From Octopus sinensis (Eukaryota), in the NCBI RefSeq assembly GCF_006345805.1, contig NC_042998.1:44082001-44146000 (forward strand): a stretch of 64,000 bases of DNA, in the 5' to 3' direction. Position 1 is the first letter of the stretch, and every line of letters starts with the position of its first letter. The notes below the pieces were generated by a model. The model saw only the letters and a program-made list of their open reading frames with translations. It searched no databases and was not told where the DNA came from. Below are positions 37,994 to 51,300 of this stretch, piece after piece. The position numbers and the translations under genes were made by a program.

Positions 37994-40020
37994 GTGAGTC
38001 TGTTGTTTTTGCACTGAATGCTGTCAAGACGTGCTTTCGCAGCGCGCTTCAACTGAAAAACGTCGAAGGCGCGACTGTAAGGTAGGTATCTGATTTTGAG
38101 GAGATTTAGCGGGGTTTGTTATTTGATATTGTTTTGCTTTTTGTAAATAAGAAATCTTCACCGGGTCCCGGATATTTGTCTGCCTGTAGACTCGCGCTAA
38201 GTGACTCACTTAGCTGTGAGAATTATTGTTTTGGGGGCGTGTCTCACCTCCCAAAAAATTGTGGAATTTTAACAAAAATTGTGGATTTTACCAAAACTTT
38301 GTGATACTCGTACCGATTTTGTGGCCCTGTGTTCCTGCTCGTGGATTACCCTAGGCCAGAAGTACTCTCGGCCGGAATTGTGCTTTATTTTGCTGTGTTT
38401 TGAACTACCTTCCTTCTTTCTTCTATCTTCTTTTTGTTTAGACTTCGGACCTTTTTTTGAACTTAGGTTTGAACTTTTTTTGCTCTCAATATGGCAAAGA
38501 AAGATAAGGTGCTGGAGTGCGAAATTGTGCTACCCAAACGGTGGATAAAAAGTCTTGAGGAGAGGACGGTGGTGCTGCGAACGTACTCCAAGTCGCTCGA
38601 CACCATCGCCCTCTTTATAAAGACCGACATAGAAAGAGAGTTGGCGGAGTATATGCCAACTATAAAATTTATTTCCAGGGGTGTCAAATATGCGACGGTG
38701 TGGCTGCTATTTGACACTTCTGAAGAGGCTCGCAATTTTGCAAGTCAGCCCTTAGAGGGCGAGGATATATTGTTTCTTCCCACTTATTGTGGGACGAAGT
38801 TGATTAGGGCTTGGGTCTACAGTTGTCACTCAGGATAGAACACGAGTGGATAGAAGACACTATCCGCCGGGGTCTTGGTGGCAGCGGAGCCAAGCTCCTC
38901 AATGACAAAATTTTGCCTGCGCTGGTTGAGTGGTATCAAAAGCGGTTTTGACCCTGTGGACCCAATCAGCCAAAAATCTGGTGTTTCAAGAATTTCTTAA
39001 AATGCTGGTTCTAGGTATACGGTGATTCTCGAGGGACGCCCTCCGTAAGTATTACCTGTGCCTGGAAGCGGGGCATAATAATAAGAACTGTACCCTAAAT
39101 AGGGGCCTGGAGCAGTTAATATAAGTAGCGGCCCCCGCTTCACCTTTGGGGGGAGGAGATGAAGGTAGTCGAGGAGGTGGAGGCCTCCTCGAAAAAAGGA
39201 AAAATAAAAGGAAGAAGGTGAGCAACAACGGTTGCTCACCGAAGGAACTTAAAGCTGCAGGAGAGAGGGAAGATCCTCCGAATAAAGCAGAGGTACAACA
39301 ACCTCCCGTAGCACAAGGGTGAAAAAAAAGAAAAATACAAAGTATGGGACATTGCCGACGGTTGGTACTGCACTGCCAGCATGTCCTGAAACCTCGTCGG
39401 TGGGAATTGTGCCACCGACGGAGGAAACTGTGGCTTCCTCCAAGTGCTATGACGGATGATATTGTGATCTTCTTCCATAAGGGAGGGGCGATACAGAGCT
39501 TCGTAAAGAAGCTGGAGGGCCGGAGGGAGGGACCTTGCCCTGGACTGAAGATCTGTATTGGCCTCCGCAAGTAACTGCGGAGTCGCTAACGGAAGTTGGA
39601 ATGTTCAGGGTGATGGACTCCTTTCCGAAGGAACAGGATAGCTTTGCTTTTTTGCGCACCCACCTGGAACTACAGGAGTGCCTGCAGGAGGCATATGGCC
39701 TGATTGGAGAGAAAGGATAAGAGGTCTTAGTGCCTCAATTTTCATTGTTTATATTGTTTGTATTCTTTGGTAAGATGCTCAGCCTCTCAATTTGTAAATA
39801 CGATTATGTCAAATATTTTTGAACTGAGGTAAGATGTTTGGTGCCTCATTTTGTTTTGTTTTTAAATAAAAAGAGCAATGTTTTCGAGAATGCAACAATC
39901 AGCGGGCAATGCTTGCTTCTCCCATTAACCATTTCTGTCATTTCATCATCATCGTGTCCTCGTCTAGCCCACAGCTACTACTTCTGTGTAATGCCTTAAT
40001 GGCAAATCGAATGAAATAAA
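37994..40020 (+). mobile_element. ORF1-only L1/Tx1-like non-autonomous retroelement (copy A) inserted in a SINE head
   Basis: Bounded by (aa)gcagcttgc 37983-37993 and (aa)gtaacttgc 40019-40029. ~500-bp 5' UTR, decayed ORF1, ~300-bp 3' UTR ending AATAAA. No EN/RT sequence. Confidence 0.85.
38491..39720 (+). pseudogene. Frameshifted ORF1/gag-like protein (RRM-like region, CCHC knuckle, charged linker, conserved C-terminal domain)
   Basis: KFISRGVKYATVWLLFDTSEEARNFA (RRM-like). VILEGRPP followed by xYLCLEAGHNNKNC (C-x4-H-x4-C, first Cys lost) at ~39020-39095. Ends WPPQV...LQEAYGLIGEKG*. Confidence 0.7.
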
Positions 40021-40355
40021 GTAACTTGCATACCAACCATATTGTTCCGGGTTCAGTCCTACTGCGAGGCACCTTGGGCAAGTGTGTTCTACTATAGCTA
40101 TGGGCAGATCAAAGCCTTGTGAGTGGATTTGGTAGACGGAAACTGAAAGAAGCCGTCGTATATATATATATATGTGTGTGTGTGTGTATATGTATATATG
40201 TTTGTGTGTCTGTTCCCCCACCATCGCTTGACGACCGATCCTGGTGTGCTTACGTCCCTCTAACCTAGCTGTTAGGTAAAGAATGAGTGCTGGGGTCGAT
40301 TTGTTTTACTAAAATAAACCCAGTATGGCCACAGTCAAATGACTGATACAAATAA
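40019..40355 (+). mobile_element. SINE family A, remainder after the insertion
   Basis: AAGTAACTTGCATACCAACCATATTGTTCCGGGTTCAGTCC..., body, microsatellite and CAGTATGGCCACAGTCAAATGACTGATACA tail. Confidence 0.9.
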
Positions 40356-40402
40356 AAGAGTAAAACAGAATATGTGCGTGTGTGTGTGAGGGGGCGCTTG
40401 TG

Positions 40403-40433
<31 letters not shown>

Positions 40434-42834
40434 TGTGTGTGTAACATTCTTTGATATAAAGAAATAATATTTCTACATATGAAAAGTTGCGATAACCGAA
40501 TGGAAAATATTTTGACTACTCGGTAAATATCACGAATTTGTCTTCAAATTCTTTCACTGACACAGAATTTTGCTCTGATGCAAACGACAGAGCGAAAAAC
40601 AATTTTACCGACAAAGAATATTAAATTTCCCACTGACACTATAACGATATTTCGATATATCATTGAACCTAATGGGAAATACTGAGTAATTTTGTTTACT
40701 TATAGTATTGCGTTCGATCTTCCACGCACGGAAATAGAAATTGTATGCGTATGCTATATTCTATTAAACTGTAAACAGTTATGAAGTGACTACATCAGAA
40801 ATATATAACATTAAATTAAGCCTTGCATAGTTCAATGCTTTTAAATTCCATCCTCCAGGTTCGATAGAATAAGTAGCAGCTATGTACATGCGTCGTGTTA
40901 ATTAACAGAGCCAACCCAAATATCATGTGGCATTCTCCCAAAGCAACAAATCAATATATAAGAATCGTCAAAGAATCTCAAAAAACATTCAATCATGAGA
41001 AATAGTGGAAATCTTCGCAGTACACAGTAATGATATAAATATGTACGAATTTATTGCATGCGCGCATACATACTGACTGAAGAATAAATACACTTATGAA
41101 CGCAAACATGTGATACCAGTGACTTTCACATAAAGGTGTGTACGTGTTCACTTAGTAATAGTTACACATTAATACAATCATAAACAAACACAGAGTTACT
41201 GATAAGATTCCATGCAACTCGGGGCATTTGTGAAGCAGGAGAATATTAATAACAAATATTCGTGTTGGATGTTAAGTGTAACCTTTTATGTTATTTTCGT
41301 TCTTTCGCTAAACATGTGAAATCTTTTTGAATGAATCAAAGTACTGCAAGCATTATTTATGCAGTGATGATATTATTATTTAAAAATAAGAAAGAAAACG
41401 TACTTCTCATTTCCTGTATTTCAAGGAAGCATTAGTAACGGTTCCTACACTTTATTATATCCCACTTAGTCACATTGTACCTATGTTTTAATCACTTTTA
41501 TTACCGACATATGTAACAATATTCCGGGTATCCTTCACCAGTTTTTCAACACAGTGTCCAATATTTTGAAGATCTTTGCCTAAAGGAACAAAGTTTTCTT
41601 TTATGTATGTTTATAAAACAACTATCTTTAATCACTATCACTGTTTCCTATTAACTATTAGTAATACGAAGCCAAGATTACCTCCGAAGCAATTTTAAGT
41701 AAACTACTTAAGACGAAAGCAAGTAGAATTTCAATAAATCTTTCATGTTAGAGAAATGCTTAATCAACCAAGTATCTAACCTCGAAATCTTCGAATCTCA
41801 GAAATATATAAAGCTTCAGGACAATGTCTATAAACATAAATTTCAAAATCATAAAACGAAGTTACTATTGAAGGACAAGAAGAGAAAAAAGGATGTAATT
41901 TCCTCTTAAAGCAAAATAAATAAATAAATAAATAAAGTGATCTGAATAAATGCTTAATTCTAATCTTCCTATATAGATAGATAATTAGCTATAAAAACAA
42001 GATTTTAAAACAAATACGTCTTCATAAACACTGGGAAAATCACTTCAGTGCTATCAAAAGAAATACATTGTTAATGAATGTAGAATAATTCAGTAGTAGC
42101 TAGTTGATTAAATCACTGCTTTTGTTGTACTTTAGCCCTAGGCAAATATGATTAGTAGATCTATAGTAAATAGGCAGACCTCCGAATGAGTAGTTAAGAT
42201 CCACAAACCAATTGCTTCAGATATAATATACTTTAGTTTCGTTAGAGTCTATATAACACATTCTGTCATACAATGGGGATTTGTATGTTAGAGAGTAATG
42301 AAGTTTGCGCATATAATTCTATTCTACTATTTCTGAGCATTGCAGATGTGTTTATTTGTTATAGGCACATCTGCACTATACTTTGCATTGTTTAACATTA
42401 TGCTTGCGAGTGTGATTCCTATGTGATGCTTATGCTTTCTTTACTATCTTCTATGTACACTGTAAATATTGTTCAATCATTGTATATAAGTATTACAAAT
42501 TTACTTTTGTGTCATCAGCATGTTTTATTGTTGTATATGGTGTTCTCCCGTTGTTAATAGTAAGAAAGAATTATCTTGAATTGCAGCGCGATTCATATAT
42601 AGATGGAGGGTTCTGGGTAGAAGCGGAAATTTAATAGCATGATGTAATCCGCAGATGAGATTGTGTATGAATTAAGGTGATTTATAAATGTTGTGTCGTA
42701 TAAGTATAGGTTAAAATGAATGGCTTTGGTAAGTGTTACACTCGGAAATTATAGATATTGCAGATAGACGTAGGTTGATAGCCAATGTATCGTATGATTT
42801 CGTATGTATATGATACATAGCTGTATGGTTGTGC

Positions 42835-42869
42835 AGGTAGATAATTGGTAGGTTGATAGGTAGATAGAG

Positions 42870-42902
<33 letters not shown>

Positions 42903-43143
42903 TATAGATAGATAGATAGATAGATATACAGGCAGGCAGACAGACAGACAGTATAGATAAATAGGTAGATTGATAGATATATAAATAGATAGATGAATAG
43001 ACAGACAGACACACAGACACACAGACAGATATACATAGATAGATATACAGACAGACAGTAAGTAGGTAGGTAGATCGATAGATAGATAGATGGATAGATA
43101 GGTGGAGAGACAGACAGACCGACATACAGACAGGGAGACAGAC

Positions 43144-43205
<62 letters not shown>
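42835..43205. repeat. (GATA)n/(GACA)n microsatellite
   Basis: Direct reading. Confidence 0.95.
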
Positions 43206-43910
43206 CTATAAAAACAAGAATTTAAGACAAACATGTATTCGTGATGATTGAGAAATAGAAAACTAAATGCAACAAAAGAAATCCTAGCTTAGTCAACATA
43301 AAAGTATCAAAAATGTTATGCGAAAATGGAACATGATCTTTTGCTAACATCAACGGTAACTAGCAGCGCTTTTTTCTTTTAATTGTCCTAGTTGACAGTT
43401 TGTGAGTTGAGTTATGTATCCCTGTGATCATCATAACAAATTTTTGTCAATATTTTTCGAAAGACACTTGATAAGTGTGTTTACCTGTTGCTGAAATTGG
43501 TATATTTATAGGGGAAATGTTGTGGTCATTTTTAAAATTTTGCCTTGCACTTAATTACATGTTTTGTATCTTAATTAAGTGCCAATGTCACTGGGTAAAG
43601 TGCTAAGCTACGCGCTTCTTAACTATGTGTGTAAAATCTGAATTTAAAGAGTTTAGTTTGATGCGATGGTGTCACTCTAATTAGTTTCTGTATTGTTCTC
43701 GCGCCAGGATATTTTATGAGCATCGAAAACTCTCGTTTATCATTCTGCATAGTAACGTATTAAGTTAATGAAATTAGCGTCTATAACGTGAACGGAATGG
43801 TAGTGATATTGGACACGAGATGCTTGTGTGTGTGCCTGTACACAGTGTAGCCCAGTATACAGGCCAACTGTACAGGAGTAACTAAGACTAAGACGAAGTG
43901 AGTATAGGTC

Positions 43911-44201
<291 letters not shown>

Positions 44202-45876
44202 TACTTAAATTTTCCTCAAATGAGGCTTTTACATGCCGAAGACTACTTGGTGTAATTGATAATTATTCCAAATTAATTAATTTCACCCTTCATTATTACG
44301 GATAGATAGATAGATAGATTGATTGATACAGAGATAAGCAGGCAGATATGCACACACGCACATATACAAAATATACGTGCCTTATGTTAATGCATTTTCT
44401 TCTGATGGATTCTATCTTTGAATATTTGCATATTTCGTATGTTACTGAGCCCTGTTGTATGTGATATCAATATTACTGTTTAAATGATGTTATGCATATC
44501 ATGAGGGCTCCTCTGTGCTCTGGGCTGTCCTCGTTCAGAGAAGTATAATTCCAGATGTTCTACATTAGATCTCTGCTTTTCATTTGTAATAACAACATGA
44601 ATGTAAAACGTAATGCTTAAATATTTTAGTACCACGAACAATTTCCAAGCCACTCCATATGTATAGCAGAATATTTGGACCGCTTCTGCTTGATGTATGT
44701 GATACTTGTTGGGGATCTACCTTTATTCTGGTACATTTTGTGCATTAACTGATTGTAGTTAATATTCTGTGCGGCACTACGAATGTGCGAGTGAAGATAC
44801 GCCTAACATTTTTTTTTTTTGCTTTGTTCTATTGTTTAGAATTTCTTTGGTATTTAGCGTTGTCTGTATGTGTGTGATTATATTTTACTATATCTTACTT
44901 CGCTACTAAATATTTTGTTTCGCATTTCATACAACTATCATCCCCTGTCTTATTCCACTACTGATTTTTAAGTATTTATTTCCCTGATGTTCATCAACTG
45001 TTTTTATCTGAATATCATGTTGCTTTTTTCAAAATATCTTATTTGAACTCATACCCGGTTTAGTCCGTAATTTTTACGATATTGAAAGTAAAGTGAGAAA
45101 AATTAAGCTCCTATTTTCATTTGATGTAGTTACTGCATAGTATATTCCTCGTTGCCTTATTGAAGATGCGAAAGAATTTTCAACGTTATTTTAACTTTTG
45201 TAGTGCAATGAGTTTTATGCAGGGAAAGCTTGTTCTTTATCATTTTCCTTAATTGATAACGATAGAAATAGCAATATTCCTGCAGGTTTATAAATTATCC
45301 TGGTGCGTGCCGGATTTAAGATGAGAATTTATTTGGAATAAATCAACCCTGTCACTATGGAACGAACAGGAGATTTAAGCAGAATTAGAAAGCTATCAAC
45401 ATTTATATAGCAGTTTTAAATGCGGTCTTTACATTTAAAGAAATAATCCACAAGTCAATAACTGAAACTTCTGTATTAAATAATTTCTTGAATATTTATT
45501 TCAATTTCAACTAATCGCTGCCTTTTTTGCATCACGAGCGATTATTTGGCAAATAAATATGCTAGTGTTTTTACTGAAATTAACAATGTTACTCATTCCC
45601 AATTTCTGTGAAATCCTGGGTAACTATTTAACATAACCTCAATAAGAAAAGAAATTGAAAATCCTATGCAACAGTATAACTTTTAATAGTTCTATTCGTC
45701 AATATATCTTGTTCTTTGGTTGGCCTCTTTCTCTCGTATATGGTTGTATTGTAATTTGAATTTGGTATCAGAGAGTATAGTTGAGTCTAGTTTTAAGATT
45801 GTGGGCGTGTGTGTGTGTGTACATCGTATATAATTATATATATATATATATCGTATATAATCATCACCATTATCTA

Positions 45877-45908
<32 letters not shown>

Positions 45909-45935
45909 GTTATAATAATAATTATTATTATTATT

Positions 45936-47945
45936 GGCAAGCCCTACTTTCACTAAGAACGACAGTATCAATATTATATGAGCCTTTGCAAGTTGTGCTT
46001 TTGCTGTTCTATAGGTTCGTATATTCCAACAACTAAAGACTGACATTTTCGTGTTATCTTCCTTTACCTTAACTGCAATAAAGTGAATAGTTAAACATCT
46101 GGCGTCAATTCCAATGTTATTGAAGACGACACACTGTTTAAGATTCTTTTTCTCACCCGCCTCCGATATTGGAGAAGCAGAGCCATGCCTAAATAGGACT
46201 TCCACACCGGAGGATGCCTTCGGATTCTACAAAGAGATGGCCATCATTCTCTGTGCTGTATGTTTGTGAGTTTCTGGCTAGAAACTTTCAGTAACGCATC
46301 TTGCCTATTTCCGTCGCTATAGAAGCTTCATCTCACCTTCAGAATACCTCCACAATGCATTTGTTTTAAGTAATATGGGCTTGCGTTAGTCGTAACATTC
46401 ACCGGTCCAAGAAGCTTTTTAATGCAAAAACACAGCTTTTCAGCAGGCAGATAAGTATAAAAACACATGGAAACATCTCTGATCTGGTAACTGGCAGAGG
46501 CTGGACTACATCATAATTAAAAAAGCAAAGATTGCAGTGATGTTAGATTAACGAGAACTCACAAAACTGCCGATTACTGAATGGTTCGCTGTAGGCTACT
46601 GGCTAAAGCATATACAAAGAAGTCATTCCGATCCAATATACCTCCGACAATAAATGTGTCTTTAAAAAAGAATCCTGAGGCGCGAAAAGATTTTGAAACA
46701 CACCATAATTCAAAGCTGAAGTTTCGTGGCATAATATTCGTGACAACATCCAATCATCTGCTGAGGAAGTTCTAGGATTTGCCAAACGCAGTCATCAAGA
46801 TTAGTTCGATGAAAATGATTCTCAAATCAAATCTCTCTTTACAATTATGCCCAAAAGACACATCACATGGATCTAGAACAAAAACTCACCTTTACTCAGA
46901 TACATCTTCTCTAAGAAATGTGCTAAGAAAGAATTGTGTGAGATGAAAATTTCTTGGTGGACAAAACAAGCCCAAGAATCAGAACAGGCTGCTAACTCTC
47001 ACAATTTGAGTTCATTATATAATTTCAAATGTTCAAGTCGGTCCAAAACATGGCTGTATGGATCGTATTCTTTCTAATGATGTGTCAAAACTCTCAAGTA
47101 GCAAAGATAGAATACGGAAAAGGTGGGCTGGACACTTTAAATTCATATTGACTCAAGAATAACCGAATAAATGTGATTGGGGAAGATCTCCAGATGTTCA
47201 AAATTCATCTAGGGGGGTTGCAGAGGAACTGGCATGGAATTGCCAGCGACGGTGAGCAGTGGTAGACCTGGGCTGTTCTACGCATGAAGCCGCCATCAAG
47301 CAAAGCACGGAATTATCAGCGATGGGGAGCAGTGGTGGACCTGGCCAGTTCTATGCATGAAGACTCATCAGGCAAGAGCATGAATCACCAAGACGGTATT
47401 GCCATAGAAGCGTACAAACATGGTGGTAGACAACTTGTAAGAAAGCTGCACAAATTGATCGCTTTGATTAGGGAATAGTGTATGTGACAATCACAAGGGA
47501 ATGTTTTTTTCTTTTTGTGCATAGCTACAAACATTATTGCGAGGGTGATTCTTCACCGCATCAATAAATGTGTAGTAAACATCATATATCCTAAAGGCCA
47601 ATGTAGGTTTTAGGTTCGGAGGTTCAAGGAAATGCACATGAGCAAAATACTACATGCAGGTGATTCTTATCGATTTGATTAAGGCCTTTGATATTGTGAA
47701 TTGTGAGTCGCTCTGGAAAATTGCATGAAAAGTTAGTCTTCCTGATAACAAGATAAGGATAAAAAAATTTTTGCACGAAAGAATGATGGCAACAGTGATA
47801 TCTAACAGTCAATGTTGAGAGGCATTTTCTGTTGCCACTGGAACTAAACAGGGCTGTGTTTTAGTCCATGTACTTTTTGCCATATTCCTTTCAGTGATGC
47901 TCCAACATGTTTTAGGGATTACCATGATGGTGTACAATTTCAGTT
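45936..47945. pseudogene. RTE-clade LINE relic with inverted 5' segment
   Basis: Minus 46260->45936: MSVFSCWNIRT...AHIIDTVVLSESR (EN start). Plus 46430-47945: QADKYKNTWKH, LDYII, DGIAIEAYKHGG, IDLIKAFD, GTKQGCVL. Confidence 0.8.
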
Positions 47946-47949
47946 TATG

Positions 47950-47950
47950 A

Positions 47951-48028
<78 letters not shown>

Positions 48029-48035
48029 CATCATT
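47950..48035. repeat. (ATT)n microsatellite
   Basis: Direct reading. Confidence 0.95.
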
Positions 48036-49251
48036 ATTTACTATCTACCCCGTTACTCTTTCTTTTCCTTTTATTTAAATGGTGTTTAACCTCTCGAAAT
48101 GCGCTAAAACACCCACTTCGACTCACGGGGCTCGCACTTGCGGACAGCCATCTCCGCCCCGATAGCGATGAGCAGGGATATTGTCCAGGAGACAGGAACA
48201 CCGGTGGCCTACCCTACCAACACTTTTAGTTGAAATTCTCTTTAAAATATTTATTGTTTTCATTATGAAGTAAAATAGGAGGGAGAATATGCGAAACAAT
48301 TAAATATCAAAGTCAACCGGCCAGCTAGGACGGCCGACCCATATTGAAAGCACACACACAGTACCGATGAACCTAAGCTCACAGATTAGATGCAGTGTGT
48401 AAGTCACCATATCTTAACTCGTGTGACGAAAATGTTGACATAATACAACAAATAATAAACGTCAAAGTGAAATTAACAGATTGTCTTTGGATGTCTCAGG
48501 TTAAAAATTTACCTCCAAAAATTTTCTAAAACGTTGATCGTTTGCAAAGATATATTCTTCACAATTCAATTTATTTTTATTCGAGATGTACTCAATAGAT
48601 TTAAGACTCGTGGCATATTAATATCATGAAATATCTTATAGCTGGTAGAAAAATCGCAATCTTCAATTACGTGACTGTCTTACTTTAAAATTTTGAAAAC
48701 TGAAATCATGATTATATACTCTAAGTATGGTAAATTGGAATGATTTTCCAAGACTTGAGCACATATTTTTGAGTTTATCATATATTGTTGATGATAAATT
48801 ATAATTAGGTGCAGTGAATAAAATCTAAATCTATTAAGCAAGTCAGATAATAAAATTAAAATTTCTACCAAATAATTATATTTTTGTTAAAGAAAATTAG
48901 GCAAATTATATCTATCTATCTCTTTATATATGTATCAAATGAAAAACAGGAGGCAAAGGATTTTGCGGTACATATGTTTCGGGCTTTATATTGAACACCT
49001 TATTCTTATATCAATGCATAATTGATATAACAGATAGATCAAGAGCCTTCTTCAGCCGCATACAATTACCACACCAAAGGCATGTATCACATTATAACAG
49101 GTTTGAGAAAAAGCTTGAGAAAAAACAGGTTTCTTTGGGAAAGTAAATCCTCATAGGCGTACATGGTATTGCCAGACTCCAAAACAAATCGTCCATACCG
49201 TTTTTTCACTCGATAAAGAATGAATACTGGGTATCTCTTTATATATATATA

Positions 49252-49508
49252 TTGGGTTGGTGCATAATTATTGCGGGTTTTTTATCAACAAATTTTATTT
49301 AACTATAACTATAACAATATTTAACAAAAATGTCTTCAAATGACGTTTTAACTGTCTGCCAAGTAAATAGGAAGCAGTAATTGGAGCAGATGGTGAATAT
49401 GCTCCGGAATAGTCATTTAAAGATGTTTTTGCTACATGTTGTTAATGTTTTTGTTGAATAAAATGCAATAATTGTTGAATAAAATGCAATAATTATGCAT
49501 CAACCCAA
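49252..49508. mobile_element. Mariner-type MITE (~257 bp)
   Basis: 23-bp TIRs ttgggttggtgcataattattgc / gcaataattatgcatcaacccaa (1 mismatch); TA on the left, CA on the right. Confidence 0.85.
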
Positions 49509-49844
49509 CATATATGTATATATTTATTTAATAAAGCTTTTCTTTGTTATACTTCGAACGAAGCAAATTTTAGAGATTTCATTTAGAAAATTAATTATTC
49601 CACGAATAATCTTTGCAATTTGGCAAACGTGAATGAATGAATAAGCACCAGATTTTCAAAGTAAGTTTTGGGGTCGATTTTGCACAAAGTAAGATATAAA
49701 AGATAAAAAGCTAAGGCTGTTACACAAACTCAGGCTTCGCTGAGTGGTCATAAGCTTGGTTGCTAAGCAGCGGTTCTGGGTTCAGTCACACACCGTGATA
49801 GTTTGGGCAAGTGTCTTCTACTATATATCCGTCTTTATATACTG

Positions 49845-49985
49845 AGTTCAAATTTCGCCGAGGTCGACTTTGCCTTTTTTCCTTTTGGGGACGACGAAAC
49901 AAGTAACAGCTGAGTACTGGGTTCGATGTAATCGATTTACCCCCTCCACCAAGTTTCTGGCCTGGTTCCTATAGTAGAAAGTATT
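49845..49985 (+). mobile_element. SINE family B fragment, preceded by a family-A-like head relic
   Basis: ctgagttcaaatttcgccgaggtcgactttgcctttt core; gggttcagtc...ttgggcaagtgtcttctacta at 49775-49825. Confidence 0.7.
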
Positions 49986-51149
49986 ATTATTTTTATTATT
50001 ATCAAGATCATCATCTTCGTCATCACCATCATTTTCATCATCATCAGCAGCAGCATATTTATTATTAGTTGATTGAATAAAAAGTTTTCGATAAACTCCT
50101 ACACCAAAATAACTTCGAGACATTAATTAAAAATACTCACGTTTCCAACAAATTACCGAAAGCATATGCATCATGCTGGCTGGTTAATATATCACACAGT
50201 TCAGTTTTTTGAAGATTACATCCACATATGTTGCAGCGAAGCATGCTACAATTGTTAAAATTCCTTTATCATACCTCATACGTCTTACTATAACAAATTA
50301 TATTCTTAAAGAACAACATTGTTCACAGCATGGTAGTGAATGACATTGGTCCTATTAGAAGTTTAAGATAACCCCTATTGTTAATTCTGAACACGCTACT
50401 ATAGAGCTTACTATTGTTGGGGATAGCGACCTTAGAACAACATTTTCATTTTGAAAGCGACATAAGGAAAATAGATTCGACGTTAACCGCAGAGAAATTG
50501 CAAATTTAAGATTAAAAAAATAATACGTGTGTATTCACAACATTTCATTTGTCAAAACCTCAAGTTCTATTGAAATAGAATAATTTTAAGTTAAAAACAT
50601 TATTCAGAGAATTGGATTCTTTGTATTTAAATCTTCGGCCAAAACAATACGATGACAGTGTTTGGATATAAAACACACCAACGGTCCAGATGAGATATTG
50701 CACATTCTCAAAATCCAATATAAAATGGTCTTCTATTCGCACTAAAACTGTAAATACTGACTGTCAGGAAGTATTCATTGGTATGACAGTAGGTATTCAA
50801 CTCATGCTCTCGCAAAACTCTCATGGAACTTCATAAATTCTTTTTACATCAAATGAGCCCCAGCATGCAAAATTGTGGTAGTGAATCGATCGAACATTAT
50901 TTTACTAAAGTTTCTGGGCACCAGAATTAAACGCTGACAAACGTTAATTTTACTATATTTCTGAAATTTTGTAGAGGAGGTAGGCTGGGTTGCATGTAGT
51001 TACATCCCTCATATTTCATATAACTATAGTATTACAACAAATAATCTGTGCAACTATGATTACTTGTGCAGAATATTTATAATGCTCCACTTAGCTTCAA
51101 TCTACATAACGTTGGCCACGCAACTTCAGAACTATGAACAGAATTTGAC

Positions 51150-51300
51150 ATTTTTATCCCTTGACAGAAATATCGACTATCTTTATATGAATTTTCACAA
51201 TGGTTTTGATTATGTGGACCATCGGATTTTATACGACAATATCAAAACCATTAACATAACCAGACAAGCAGGAACCAAATGTTTACAGTTAAGAGCAAGG
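51150..51300 (+). pseudogene. Very degraded CR1-type RT fragment
   Basis: NIDYLYMNFHNGFDYVDHRIL resembles NVDVIYLDFAKAFDKVDHGM. Confidence 0.4.

Noticed and set aside
48100-48220. Possible HDV-like ribozyme
   Set aside because: I could not assemble the P1/P2/P3/P1.1 pseudoknot in the correct order on either strand.
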